A DNA stretch of 64,000 bases from Paecilomyces variotii (lineage: Eukaryota). The position numbers and the translations under genes were made by a program. Below, piece after piece: positions 27,001 through 39,800 of the stretch. The first letter of the stretch is position 1; each line of letters begins with the position of its first letter. Under the pieces are notes generated by a model. It worked only from the letters and a program-made list of their open reading frames with translations, was not told the origin of the DNA and searched no databases. The DNA is taken from the NCBI GenBank assembly GCA_004022145.1, contig RCNU01000006.1. The stretch is one strand, 5' to 3'.

Positions 27001-28597
27001 TACTGTTAGAAAGATATAGTTATATTAGGGCATATAAAGATTCTTTCTTTAGCTTAGACCTTTTATTGCGAAGGGCTATAATAGTCTTAGGTTTTCTTTT
27101 CTTAGAAGGGTCTTTCTTTTTTAGGCACAATTTAGATCCCTATATATAGCCTGTTTTGCCACAGTTAAAACAGCAGCTTTCTTTTTTAAGCTAATCTTAT
27201 TCTACTAGTAATCTGAACTTCTTCTTTTTTTAGGGTTTAGTTGGCTCCGCGCGCTAGTTACTAATCTCCTTTCTTTTTTGCCCTAGGGAGAAGTCTTTTA
27301 ATATATTCTATATTAATCTACTTGCATTCGGCGGAGTAAATTAACTTATAATCTTATTCCTCTTCTAGTTTATCTCCTAATTAGTAGCTAAAGATACTAA
27401 TTAATTAAGATTTATTAGGAGGTTTTAATAGTTTAGCAACTTTATCTAAACCTCAGGTTAAAGTTTTATATAGAAGATATAAGACTAGATAATTCTATTA
27501 TTATTAAACCCTTTACCCTAATTTAACTTTGCTTAAGCCTGCTTAAAATAGTGTAAAAAGGCTCGAGCGGTTTAATTAAAATATTAGATTAAGGTATAAA
27601 AGCAGTTTATTATATTCTATTCTTAGTAATATAGATTATTAAGCAAATCTAGCAATTAATCCTTAAATCCTTCCTAGGTTAATATCTAGAAGTTAAGATC
27701 CTCCTGCTAGTAGATCTAAGACTAAGCCAATTCCCTATTTAGTAATACTGCAGTATAAGTAACCTTCTCGGCTTTATCTTTAAATAATAAAGTATTATAA
27801 GCCAAGTATTTATCTATATACTGGCACTACTAATAATAGGCATTAAGCATAATAGCTTTATACCTCTACAGTTCTAATAGCTTAAGCCTTAATTATTTGC
27901 TAGTATAACTAGCGGTAAAAAGCTATAAGAGATCTCTTTTTATTAATAGTTTATCTTCTATTTAAGCTTACTCTATCCCTAGGCCTATTAAAGTATTTCT
28001 TAGAGTTTATAAGCTAGCTTCAGCAATTAGTTGCTGCGAGCTAGGTTTAATACTCTTTAAATCCTTTAAAGTATATATTATAGGCTAAGCGCTAGGACTC
28101 TTATCCCCTAAATTATAGGGTATATTAATACTGCTACTTATATCGCTAGGGCGAGTAATCTAAATTATAAGAAATAGAGGTTTCTAGGGGTTATTAATAA
28201 ATTACTCTGCCAGTAATTATAGCAAGAAAAGTAACAGCTTTATATATTTAGTTTAAAAAAGAATTTACTAGTGAGATAAAGAGTTAATTATTATAATAAA
28301 GGATTTAACCGGTATAGAAAAGGGTCTATACCAGAGGGTTTTAGTAGTAAAGAGTCTATATAAATAAGGAAATAGTAGGGTATATATTATATTAGAACAG
28401 ATTACTAGCTTCTAGTAAGATAATAATTTAGAGCCTGTTTATATTCTAAATCTTAAATACTTCTTAGCTTTATCTTATATAAATCCTGAAAGCGGGGAGA
28501 GCAGGGTTTAACTAATTACCTCAGCATTATGTTCAGATTTAGGGCTTCGCTGCAGTTCTGCGAGCTTATGCCCTAGCGGGGGGCTAGGGGCATGACA
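21077..28597 (-). mobile_element. Ty3/Gypsy chromovirus-type retrotransposon, family B, copy 1 (7521 bp), RIP-inactivated
   Basis: 432-bp LTRs at 21077-21508 and 28166-28597 with TG...CA ends. TSD ATTAT. PPT at ~21509-21527. Gag knuckle CFNCGKTG at ~27145-27175. YLDDI at ~25990-26006. Confidence 0.95.
22411..23235 (+). pseudogene. Antisense accessory gene of Gypsy B1 (Cys6 Zn-cluster-like), RIP'd
   Basis: De-RIP start MAPKS(L/P)(S/P)KRKR. Cys motif at 22690-22794 with C1 (TGT) and C4 (TGC) still intact. 275 codons in one frame; the end is approximate. Confidence 0.72.
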
Positions 28598-30379
28598 ATT
28601 ATATATAATATAGGGGAAGTTAAATTTCTTCTATATCTATTTTAATATATTCCCCTTATATATAATAGATTAGTTAATTCTATACTATCTCTGCAAATGC
28701 TTATAAGGTTTAAATCTTAACCTAGGGTAAAGCCTTCTACTAGTATCTTTAAGTTAAGTATCTTTAATTTATAATAGGATTATTATAGTATAACTATAGT
28801 AATCCTAAAATTATATTCTAATTCTTCTTAACTATATTAGGTTCTTATATAGAAATAATCTAGAAATTAATCTTATGTTATTCTATCTTCTTCTCTAAGT
28901 CCTTTATCTTAATAATAATTAAGAAGTAGCTATAAATTAGTATTATTTAGTCTCCTATCTATAAAATATATCTAACTAGCTTTTATAAAAACCCTTTATA
29001 TTTATAGTATAGTAAAAAATTACAATTAATAAAGTTAATATATATTTAGGAATTAAAAAGCGCGTTTATTTTTATAATATAACCCTTAATTAATATACTT
29101 ACTAAAGTTATAAACTCTAGCTTTATATCTTTAAGGTGCTAGAATATATTAAGCCTAATATCTTTATCTTTAAAGGGTTTAGAGTCTCTTTCTGTTTTAT
29201 TAAGATATTATTTATTAATATATTTATTCTTCTTATAATTAAAATATTAGCCTTCTTTTATTAATTATTCTTACTCCTTTAAAAATTTAAACTTCCTTAT
29301 TTTATATTTTAAATAGGTCTTTATAGATATTAACTAAGATAATTTATTCTTCTACTTATCCTATATATATAGGTAAAATTAATTCTTTTTCTTTATATAA
29401 GGTTAGAATTATTTCTTTTTCTTAAAGTCTTTTAATTAAGATTTAATAAAGTTTTTAAAACTTTATTTAATAATTATAGCCTTAGAAGCTAATTAGGATA
29501 AATTAGTTAAAATATATGCGCACTTAAATAACTAGTTCTATATATTTTCCTATAATATAGAGAAGAAGATTTAGCTTTATATATTATTTTTTAGGGCTAA
29601 TTTAATTCTATAAAGCTTAAATTTATTATAAAATTCCTGAGCAGTTTATTTTAGCTATTATTTTAGCCTTTAAAATTATATAGTAGCTATCTAGAGTTAA
29701 TATTATAAATTCTTAAGATAATTTAATAGCTATTATTAAAATCTCTATTATAAAGTTATAGTTAAAATAAGGGGTTTATAATTTTAAGCTATTTTATAGT
29801 TATCTGAAAGTAACACAGTAGTATAATTTACCTTACTTACTTTAGTTTAAAATATTAATATATTATAGGTAAAGTATTAGTCTATATAGCAGTACTAATA
29901 GTAGTAAGTATTTAGATCCTTAGCTTAATATTAATAAGGTTTAAGTAATTTAGTAATAGACCTAGATTTAAGAGCTATATTTATTTATTTTATTAGCTCT
30001 ATAATTGCAGCTATATTTATCTTTTTTAATAGTTTTTAAGTTATATCTTATAGAGCTTCTATCGCTGCGCTATTAATTTAATATTAGAAACTTAGTAAGA
30101 TAGTAAGTCCGGTACTAATAGTATTTAATTCTTATTAAATCTTAGGGTCTATAATACTTTTTAAATTTATTAAATTTCTTAAGTCTATAATAATTGTTAG
30201 TTTAGGCTAATTAAGACTAGTATTACTTATTAATCTTAATTGCTTAAGATTAGTAGTATTTATTAGTTTAAGTTAAGCGCTAGGCTTTAGGCTATATTTA
30301 GATTCTCTATGCTAATCTCTAGTACTACTTTCTAATATCTTTTCTCTTCTTAATATATTATTAGTTAAGTAATTTAAAC

Positions 30380-30748
30380 TATAAAGAGCTAGGGTAAGAA
30401 AGCTCTTTATTAGAGGTAATTAATTAGACTAGTTAAACAGAATATAAGATAAGAGATAAAGATACAGGCGAGTAGCTATCTATATATAGTAGAGTTAAAG
30501 ATTAGATTTAGTAGTAATTAGAATAAATTACTAATCTCTAACTTTTATTTCTTTAAGGGTTATTTATTTATTTATTTATTCTACTAGATTATTTAAATAA
30601 CCTAGTCTTAATAATTCTATCTATAACTAGTTAATCTAACTATTATATATAAATCTAGTTATCTTATTATCCTTTATTATCTATCTTAAATTATTTATCT
30701 TAGGTCTTAGTAGGTCCGGATTAAGTATTATAGCCCTAGTTTATAATA
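30380..30748 (-). repeat. Gypsy A 5' LTR
   Basis: Direct repeat of 15771-16139. Confidence 0.93.
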
Positions 30749-32286
30749 CTTAAACTCCCGTTCTTTTTTCCGTTTAGTTAACTATTACTATTTCTGCCTA
30801 GTTAATATTATTATGCTTATTATAATAAAACATTAGTTCGTTCTTTAATACTTTAGCCCCTTTTTTTCTTTTTACCCTATATTTTCCCTAAATTACTAGC
30901 CTATAATAACGTCCTAAAATATGCTTAAGCTAAGGATAGTATTTAAATTTTAAAGTTTTAGAAATTTTATAAAATTTAGGGGTCCGAATTTTATAAGATA
31001 AAATGTCTGAAATTTTAAAATACGCTAATAAATTAATATAGTAATCCTAACCTACTTAATATTTTTACCCTCTAATTAATAAGTAGTAAAAAATTAAAAT
31101 AATCTAAATTAGAAGCTATTTAACTCTAAATAATATTATATTTTATAGCTAGTAAAAGTATTAAATCTTTTAGATTTTAGTACTAACTATTTAGCTATAA
31201 ATAATTTTATAGCTAATAGGGGTTTTTTAGTAGCTTTACCTAAGAATTCCTATATAAGATAGGCCTTTTTTATTTTTTTATCTTCTAGAACTAGTAGTTT
31301 AGCTTTAATATTCCCTTTATTAAGGTATTCTGCGCCTCTGTTTATCTTTTATAATATATGTAAGTTTATATAGATATAGATAAGCTTATCTATATACTTA
31401 GGTTTAAGCCTATTATAGATCTTTATATGCTAAAGATTTATAGTTAAAAAAAATGTTTAGAGGTAATAGAGTTAGCAGTAGTTTTAAATAGTTATATAGC
31501 GAAGTTTATAAGATCTAGTATTACCCTAGTCTAATAAAATATATAGGTTAGTAAGTTATAAAAGTAGTAGAATAAGGGCTATATTATTATTCTTTAAAAG
31601 GCTTCTATATTAAATTACTACTAATAGATTACTCTATTATAAAAAGTTTTAGTTTACCTCTTAAAGTAGTAAAAATTAAATATTATTTACTTATTAGTAT
31701 ATTACTAGATTACTTAGTAAATAGCCTTATTTTATTTTTTATAGCTCTTATAATAAGTCTTAAAGTATAAATAATAAATAGCTTAATAAAGCCTTATAAG
31801 CTAATTATTTAAATAGGCGCTTTATTTAATGTTTAAGTAGAAAGTAATTTTATTAGCAAAAGATTTTAAAGGTCCTATCTTCTATATAAGGTATTACTAT
31901 ATTTTTATCTATCGCTGTACTACCTAAATTATTAGTAAAGGTATATTTAGGGTTATATTATTACTTATTATAGAGATATTTAAATCTATAGCCTTTAAAG
32001 CTAGTTAAATATTATAGATTAGCTTAACTAGTAATATTAAATCTGCTAGATATTCCTAGAATTATAGTAATAGGATTTCTAATTTAATAGGCAGAAATAT
32101 ACTAGTTTCTTTTATTTACTATTTAATTGTCTTACTACTATAATAAACTAAATAGAGTATTTAATATTATAATCCTTATTAAGTAATAATACTAAATATT
32201 AGAAATAGTTGCTTTTTATAGACTTTTAATTAAAAATCCTAAAGAATTATATATTACTTAAGAGAGCTTTAAAAGAAAGAGATAAT

Positions 32287-35200
32287 TATTATACCCCTAG
32301 CTCCCCGCTAGAGTATAAGCTCGCAGGACTATAGCGAAGCCCTAAATCTGAATATAATACTAAGATAATTAGTTAAACCTCGCTTTCTCTACTTTTAGGA
32401 TTTATATAAGATAAAGCTGGGAAGTACTTAAGATTTAGAATATAAATAAGCTCTAGATTACTATTTTACTAGAAGCTAGTAATTTATTCTAATATAATAT
32501 ATACCTTATTATTTCTTTACTTATATAGACTCTTTATTATTAGAACCCTTCGGTATAGACCCTTTATTATACTAGTTAGACCCTTTATTATAATAATTAA
32601 CCCTTTATCTCGCTAGTAAACCCTTTTTTAAGCTAAATATATAAAGCTACTATCTCTCTTACTATAATTACTAGCAGAGTAATTTATTAATAATCTCTAA
32701 GAATCCCTGTTTCTTATAATTCAGATTATTTAACCTAGCAATATAAGTAGCAGTATTAATATACCCTATAACTCAGGGGATAAAGGTCCTAGTACTTAGC
32801 CTATAATATATACTTTAAAGGGTTTAAAAAGCGCTAAATCTAGCTTACAGTAACTAATTACTAAAGCTAGCTTATAAACCCTAAGAGATATTTTAATAGG
32901 CCTAGGGATAAAATAAGCTTAAATAGAAGATAAACTATTAATAAAAAGAGATCTCTTATAGCTTCTTACCGCTAGTTATATTAATAAGCAGCTAAAGCTT
33001 AAGCTGCTAAAACTGCAAAGATATAAAGCTACTATATTTAATGCCTATTACTAATAATACTAGTATATAAATAAATATTTAACTTATAATGCTTTATTAT
33101 TTAAAGATAAAGCTAAGAAAGTTACTTATACTATAGTATTACTAGATAGAGAATTAGCTTAGTCTTAGATTTACTAGCAAGAGAATCCTAACTTTTAGAT
33201 ACTAACCTAGGAAGAATTTAAGGGTTAATTGCTAGATTTGCTTAATAATCTATATTACTAAAAATAAAATATAATAAACTACTTTTATACCTTAATCTAA
33301 TATTCTAATTAAACTGCTTAAACTTTCTTATACTATTTTAAGTAGGCTTAAGCAGAGTTAAATTAGGGTAAAGAGTTTAATAATAATAGAATTATCTAAT
33401 TTTATATCTTCTACATAAAATTATAACTTAAGGTTTAAATAAAATTGCTGAACTATTAAGACCTCTTAATTAATCTTAACTAATTAGTATCTTTAGCTAC
33501 TAATTAGGAAATAAATTAAAAGAAGAATAAACTCTTAAATCTCTCTATTACGCTAAATATAAGTAGACTAATATAGAGTATGCTAAAAGACTCTATTTTA
33601 AGGTAAAAGAGGAAGGAGATTAATAACTAGTGCGAGGGGATAAATAAATTCTAGAAAAAAAAGTTTAAATTACTAGCAGAATAAGACTAGCTTAAATAAG
33701 AAGGCCGCTGCTTTAATTATAATAAAAAAGATTATATATAGAGGTTTAAATTATGCCTAAAAAAGAAAGATTCTCTTAAAAAAAAAAGCCCGAGATTATT
33801 ATAGCCCTTTATAATAAAGGGTTTAAGATAAATAAAAAGTCTTTATATATTCTAATATAACTTTACCTATCTAATAATATATTTAAAAATAAGGCTTTTA
33901 TTAATTTAGGTTTAGCTTAATACTATATTAGCTTAGATATAGCTATATAATATAGAATTCCCCTAGACTTCTAGCAATATATAAACTTTAAATCTATTAA
34001 TAGGCATAAGATTTAGAAGTATAGATTCTTTAAAACAGAGATCTATATTACTAATTTTAAAGGAACTATAGAGAAAACAGATATATACTTTTATATTATC
34101 TTAATATCTAAATTATTTATTATCCTTAGGAAATTATAATTATAAGCTATTAATCCTATTATAAATTAAGAATTAATAACTTAGAGATATTATATTCTAT
34201 AATAGCTATAGGTAAAGATTAAAAATATTTAATAATTCTCTAAGATAGTAAAAGGAGAAATAATTTATATACTCTATAAGGATTAAATTAACCCTATAGC
34301 CTTAAAGAACCTGCCTTTAGAATATAAGAAATATACAGAGGTTTTTTTAAAAAAAAAATAAGTATATTACCTGCTAAAATAAATAAATACAAGATTAAGC
34401 TCTTAGACAGTATAGCACCTCTATAGGGGAGACTTTATAATCTCTCTATTAAAAAACTTAATATTTTATATAAATATCTTAAAGATATATAATAAAAAGA
34501 GTAGATATAATTATTAATAAGTCTTATAGAGGCACTTATTCTATTTATTCTAAAGGCAGATAATATACTAAGGCTTTATATTAACTATAGAGCTTTAAAT
34601 AGTATTATTATAAAAAACAGATATTCTTTATCTAGAGTAAATAAAATACTTAACTAATTAGTTGGCTCTAAGATCTTTACTAAACTTAATCTTAGGGACA
34701 CTTATTATTAGATTTAAATCTGCTAAAGAGATAAATAGAAAATAGCCTTTTAAACCTATTATAAATATTTTAAATATTTAGTAATACTGTTTAGCCTATG
34801 CAATACGCCTGCTACTTTTTAAGCCTATATTAATTAGGCATTGCAGGGGTTATTAAATATCTATTACATTATATATTTAGATAATATTTTAATCTTCTCT
34901 AACTCTATTAAGGAGTATAAGAGATATATAATATAGGTCTTAGAGAGGCTATAAGAATATAAATTATATATAAAATTATCTAAATATAAATTCTATAAGG
35001 AGAATTAAATTCCTTAATTTTTTTATAAGAAAAGATAAAATAAAAATAGATTTTAGCAGAATAGAAACTATTAGAGACTAGCTAGAGCTTAAATTCTTTA
35101 AGAAAATCTAAATCTTCTTAAGATTCGCCAGTTTTTTTAAAAGATTTATCTACAACTACTTTATAAAAATAGCTCTCCTAATTAATCTATTAAAAGAAAG

Positions 35201-38200
35201 CATCTAAGAGAAAAAAATTAAGATATTTATTTAAACTAGAGAAGCCGCGAAGGTATTTAATAAGCTAAAATTAGCTTTTATAACTCTATTAATGCTAAGA
35301 TATTTTAATCTAGAGAAGCTAATAATATTAGCAACTAATATCTTAGAATTTACCCTTATTACTATACTTCTTTAAGGAAATAGTAATAAGATAGCTCTAG
35401 GCGCTAGGTTAGAGACAGGTCTAAGAATTAGAACCTAGATAGATTAATAAACTATATCTAAGAACTAGTACCTTATAGTATATTATGCCCAAAAGTTTAT
35501 TAAAATAAAGGTATATTATAAGGTCTATAACTAAAAACTCCTGGCTATTATTAATACTTTTAAATATTAGTATTACTATCTAGAAAGTAATAGGTACCCT
35601 ATATAAATATAGAGTAATTATATAAATTTATGCTATTTTTTTACTATAAAAATATTAAATAATAGATAAGCTTAGTAGGCAGAATTATTAGCAGTATATA
35701 ACTTTTAAATTAAATATAAGCTAAGATAGCTTAATATTATAGATACTCTATTTAAAAAGGCAGATTTTAAACTATTTAAATCTAAATCCTAAATAAAATT
35801 ACTTCTAACCTTTTAGAAAAAGCTTTAGTATAAAGCTTAGAATAAGTATATATAAGAAAGTAATCTAGAGTATAAACCTATTAAAGCAGGCAGTACAGGT
35901 AGTCTAGAATATTTAATATAAAGAATATTAGTTATTAAAATAATTAGAGAAGAGTCTATTTAGAATACTATAACTCTTAGCCTGCTCTTTATATTAAAAT
36001 AGCTTTAAATAAGAGATACCTTTATTTTAGAGAAAATTAGAGAACTAAAAGTATATACTCCTAGAGATAGCTTAAAGATAATATAAAGAATAGATAATAA
36101 AAAATTATTGCAGAAAAATAATATTATATTTATACTAGATATACCTGCTATAAAATAAAAACTCTTTTAAATATATTATAATAACCTTTATATAGGGCAC
36201 TAAAATATTAAGAAGATTAAAAAGCTGTTTTAAAGAAGATTTAACTAGCTTAAGATAATACAAGATATATAAGAATATATATTTATATATAATATCTGCT
36301 AAAGAAATTAAGCTCTATAATATAAGCTATATAAAGAGCTAAAGTCTCTGCTAATCTTAGCACAGCTATAATAAAATATCTTAATAGATTTTATAATAAA
36401 ACTGCTGCTATTAAAAAAATAGGAAGTTATTTATAATTTAATATTAATAATTATAGACTATTATTTAAAGATAATACTCTATATTCTTATTTATAAAATA
36501 TTAAAAGTAGATAAGATAATTAACCTTATTATAAATTATATCTATAACCGCTTTAAATCTCTATAATTAATTATATTAAATAAGGGGGCGCTGTTTATTA
36601 ATAAATACTAGATAGAACTTTACTGCTATATTTAAATTATTAGATTTTTAAATACTATATTCTACCTCTAGACTAATAGCTAGACTAAAAGGCAGAACTA
36701 GATACTAAAATATTACCTCTAGGTCTACTTAAACTATAAGTAAGATAATTAGGTATTTTTATTAACTATGGCGGAGTTTATATATAATAATTTAATCTAT
36801 ATCTTTATAGGTATAATTCCCTTCTATATTATCTATAGATTTAATTTTAAAAGTTAAGATAAATATAACTTTAGGAAGTAAATAAATATACTAGCAGTTA
36901 ATAATTAATTAAAGAAACTTACTAAAATATATATTTAATTAGAAGAATCTTTTTAAAAGGCTATTACTGCGCAATAGAAGTATTATAATAAAAAATATAA
37001 GCTTAAATTCTATATAGTAGGAGACTAAGTCTGCCTTTTAATAAAGAATTTAAAGACAGATTAACTAATTAAAAAATTAGATATAAAATACTTAGAATCT
37101 TATAAAGTTATAAAGAGAATTAGAACTTAAGCTTATTAGCTTAAGCTCCTAAAAAGCCTAAGTAAAATATATTTAATCTTCTATATCTCCCTATTAGAGC
37201 CCTATTATTAAAGACTTAGGGCTAAATCTAAATATCTAGACCTAATCTTAGTAGATAATAAACTAGAATAGGAGATTAAAGCTATTCTAGATAAATAGAT
37301 AATATAAAGGAAGAAGTAATATTTAATTAAATAAAAGGGCTATTTAGATTATAAAAATTTATAGCAGCTTAAGGAGGATCTTAAATATATCTAAGATATA
37401 CTAGCTAAATTTAAGGTAATAGCGCAAGTTATTAATAAGACCTCTTTAAGAAAGGCTTTAAAAAGCTCTAAAAAAAGAAGTTAATAGAATTAGTAAGATT
37501 TCCCTTTTTTCCTACTAGATTTTTAGGTTTTATTTAATTATTTTATTATTAAATTTATATTACTTTTTCTCTATTTACCTATTTATAGAGGTTTAGGAGT
37601 TTTAATAAGGATATAAAAAGCTAGTCTATCTAGAAATAAATTTATTTTAACTAGGCTACCTCTAATAGGAACTAAAAATATAGGCTTAAGATTAATCCCC
37701 TCTATTTATCTACTTTACTATTATAGAACCCTATTAGTATAAATTTATCTTCCTTTTTATTAGAAAAAGGAGGAATATTATAAGTAATATATATAATTTC
37801 TTATATATGCTGCAGATCTAATATTATTAAATAAAATAATTTAAGCAACTTTTACTAAAGCTATATTATAAACTATTTATATAAAGATAAGGTTAATAAG
37901 ATAGTAAATATAAGCTTATCTATATCTGCCTTAATAAGCGTTTTATATAGATATATCTCTATAGAGGATTTATATTTATTATAGGCCTCTTTAAAAGACT
38001 TATAATTATTTAAAAAGTAAGCCTCTCAGCTAAGGCTTTATAGATAAGTAAGCTTATCCTTATAAACTAATAGGACTAGAATATAAGGCTTATATTTATA
38101 ATTATAGTAATTGTATTTAATATTAATATTAGTATAAGTATACTAAAGTACTAAATTCTTAATTAGCCCTTTTAAATAATAAAGGTATATCTTTTAAAGT

Positions 38201-39800
38201 ATTAAAAGAAACTTCTTACTTAGCTAAAAGATAATAGGGCTATTTTTTATTATTATATTAATAATAGCAATAATAATAATCTTAACTAATATTTTAATAA
38301 TAATTAGTTTAGTCTAGGTCCTTATATTAATAACCTTCTTATATCTTATGCTTTATCTCTAGGGCCTTTTTATAATATAAATAAGAGTTACTTTTAGTTT
38401 AGCTATAATAGCTAGCCTAATAATAAAATAAGTCCTCTTCCTCTTTAGTAGGCTTTTTAGCGCTATTATTAAGTTAAATAAACTTATTTATATAATAGCT
38501 AAGACTATAAAAAAAGGCTAATTTAGTAGAGATATAAACCTTCTATATCTTAATTCTAGTATAATATTTGTTTTAGCTAATAGATCCTCTATAAGACCTA
38601 AGATAAATAAAGATATTAATCTATTAATAGCTATAAAAGAGGTAATATTTATTTAAAGAGGCAGTTTCTTTAGTATTATAATAATAGCTAAAGTCTTTAA
38701 TATCTTAGCAATAATTAAGAGATTATTTTCTAATATTATAGTAGTAACTAGATTTAGCTATATTATAATAATAATAGCTATATCCTCTATCTTAGAAGTA
38801 GAAGAAGGGGATAATTTCTTAAAAGGGGAGGTAATATCCTTAGACTATTAATACTATAAAAATTAGTATATAATATATAAAATCTTATACTAGAATATTT
38901 ATTTAAGGAGTCTTCTTATATTGTTTAGATATAAAATAAATTTAAGGCAGCATTATCTAAATTAAATTAGCTTATATTAATATAGTTAATTAAGATAACT
39001 TACCTCTAAAGCAGGAAGCTCTAAAAATTAATAAAAAAATAACTAATTTCTTAAGTTTAATAAATTATTATACTGTTAGTATAATTATAACCTTAAAAAT
39101 ATATCTAGATCTTTATTTAAATATATTTAAGATTAGGAGCTATATATAGTAGAAGGTAGGAAGATAATTACTAGGGATTAGAATTCTAACCTTATAATAT
39201 TATATAAATAATACTTCTAGTTTATATAATTTCTTAACCCTTTACTATAAAAGCAGTAAGAAGCTTTTTTATTTATTATATTATAAACCTCTATAAAGCT
39301 ATACTCTATATTCGATATAATAACTTTATAATGGCTTAAGGATAAGCTTTTAAAAAGGAGGAGAATACTATTATACCCTTAGCTCCCCGCTAGGGTATAA
39401 GCTTATGGGACTATAATAAAGCCCTAAATCTAAATATAATACTAAGATAATTAATTAAACCCCGCTCTCCCTACTTTTAGGATTTATATAAGATAAAGCT
39501 AAGAAATGCTTAAGATTTAGAATATAAATAGGCTTTAAATTACTATCTTATTAAAAGCTAGCAATCTGTTCTAATATAATATATACTCTATTATTTCTTT
39601 ACTTATATAGACTCTTTATTACTAAAACTCTCTAGCATAGACTCTTTATTATACTAGTTAGACCCTTTATTATAATAATTAATCCTTTGTTTTACTAATA
39701 GATTCTTCTCTAAGTTAAATATATAAAGCTACTATCTCTCTCGCTATAATCGCTGGCGGAGTAATTTATTAGTAACCTCTAGAAACCCCCGTTTCTTACA
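32287..39800 (+). mobile_element. Ty3/Gypsy family B, copy 2 (7514 bp), RIP-inactivated
   Basis: 432-bp LTRs at 32287-32718 and 39369-39800. TSD ATAAT. YLDDI at ~34874. Chromodomain-like EWEIEAILDK at ~37265. Colinear with the reverse complement of B1. Confidence 0.95.
37642..38466 (-). pseudogene. Antisense accessory gene of Gypsy B2, RIP'd
   Basis: Same length as, and alignable to, the reverse complement of 22411-23235. Confidence 0.7.

Larger units (their letters stand above)
15771..30748 (-). mobile_element. Ty3/Gypsy LTR retrotransposon, family A, RIP-inactivated, interrupted by B1 (native length ~7.45 kb)
   Basis: 369-bp LTRs at 15771-16139 and 30380-30748. TSD CTTAA at 15766-15770 and 30749-30753. 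Polypurine tract (PPT) at ~16140-16151. RIP'd YLDDI at ~20510-20525 on the minus strand. Confidence 0.93.

Noticed and set aside
32719-32727. Tf1-type self-priming primer-binding site (ATTCAGATT complementary to 32345-32353 in the LTR)
   Set aside because: Only 9 nt in AT-rich RIP'd DNA, and no clear equivalent in family A, so not supportable.
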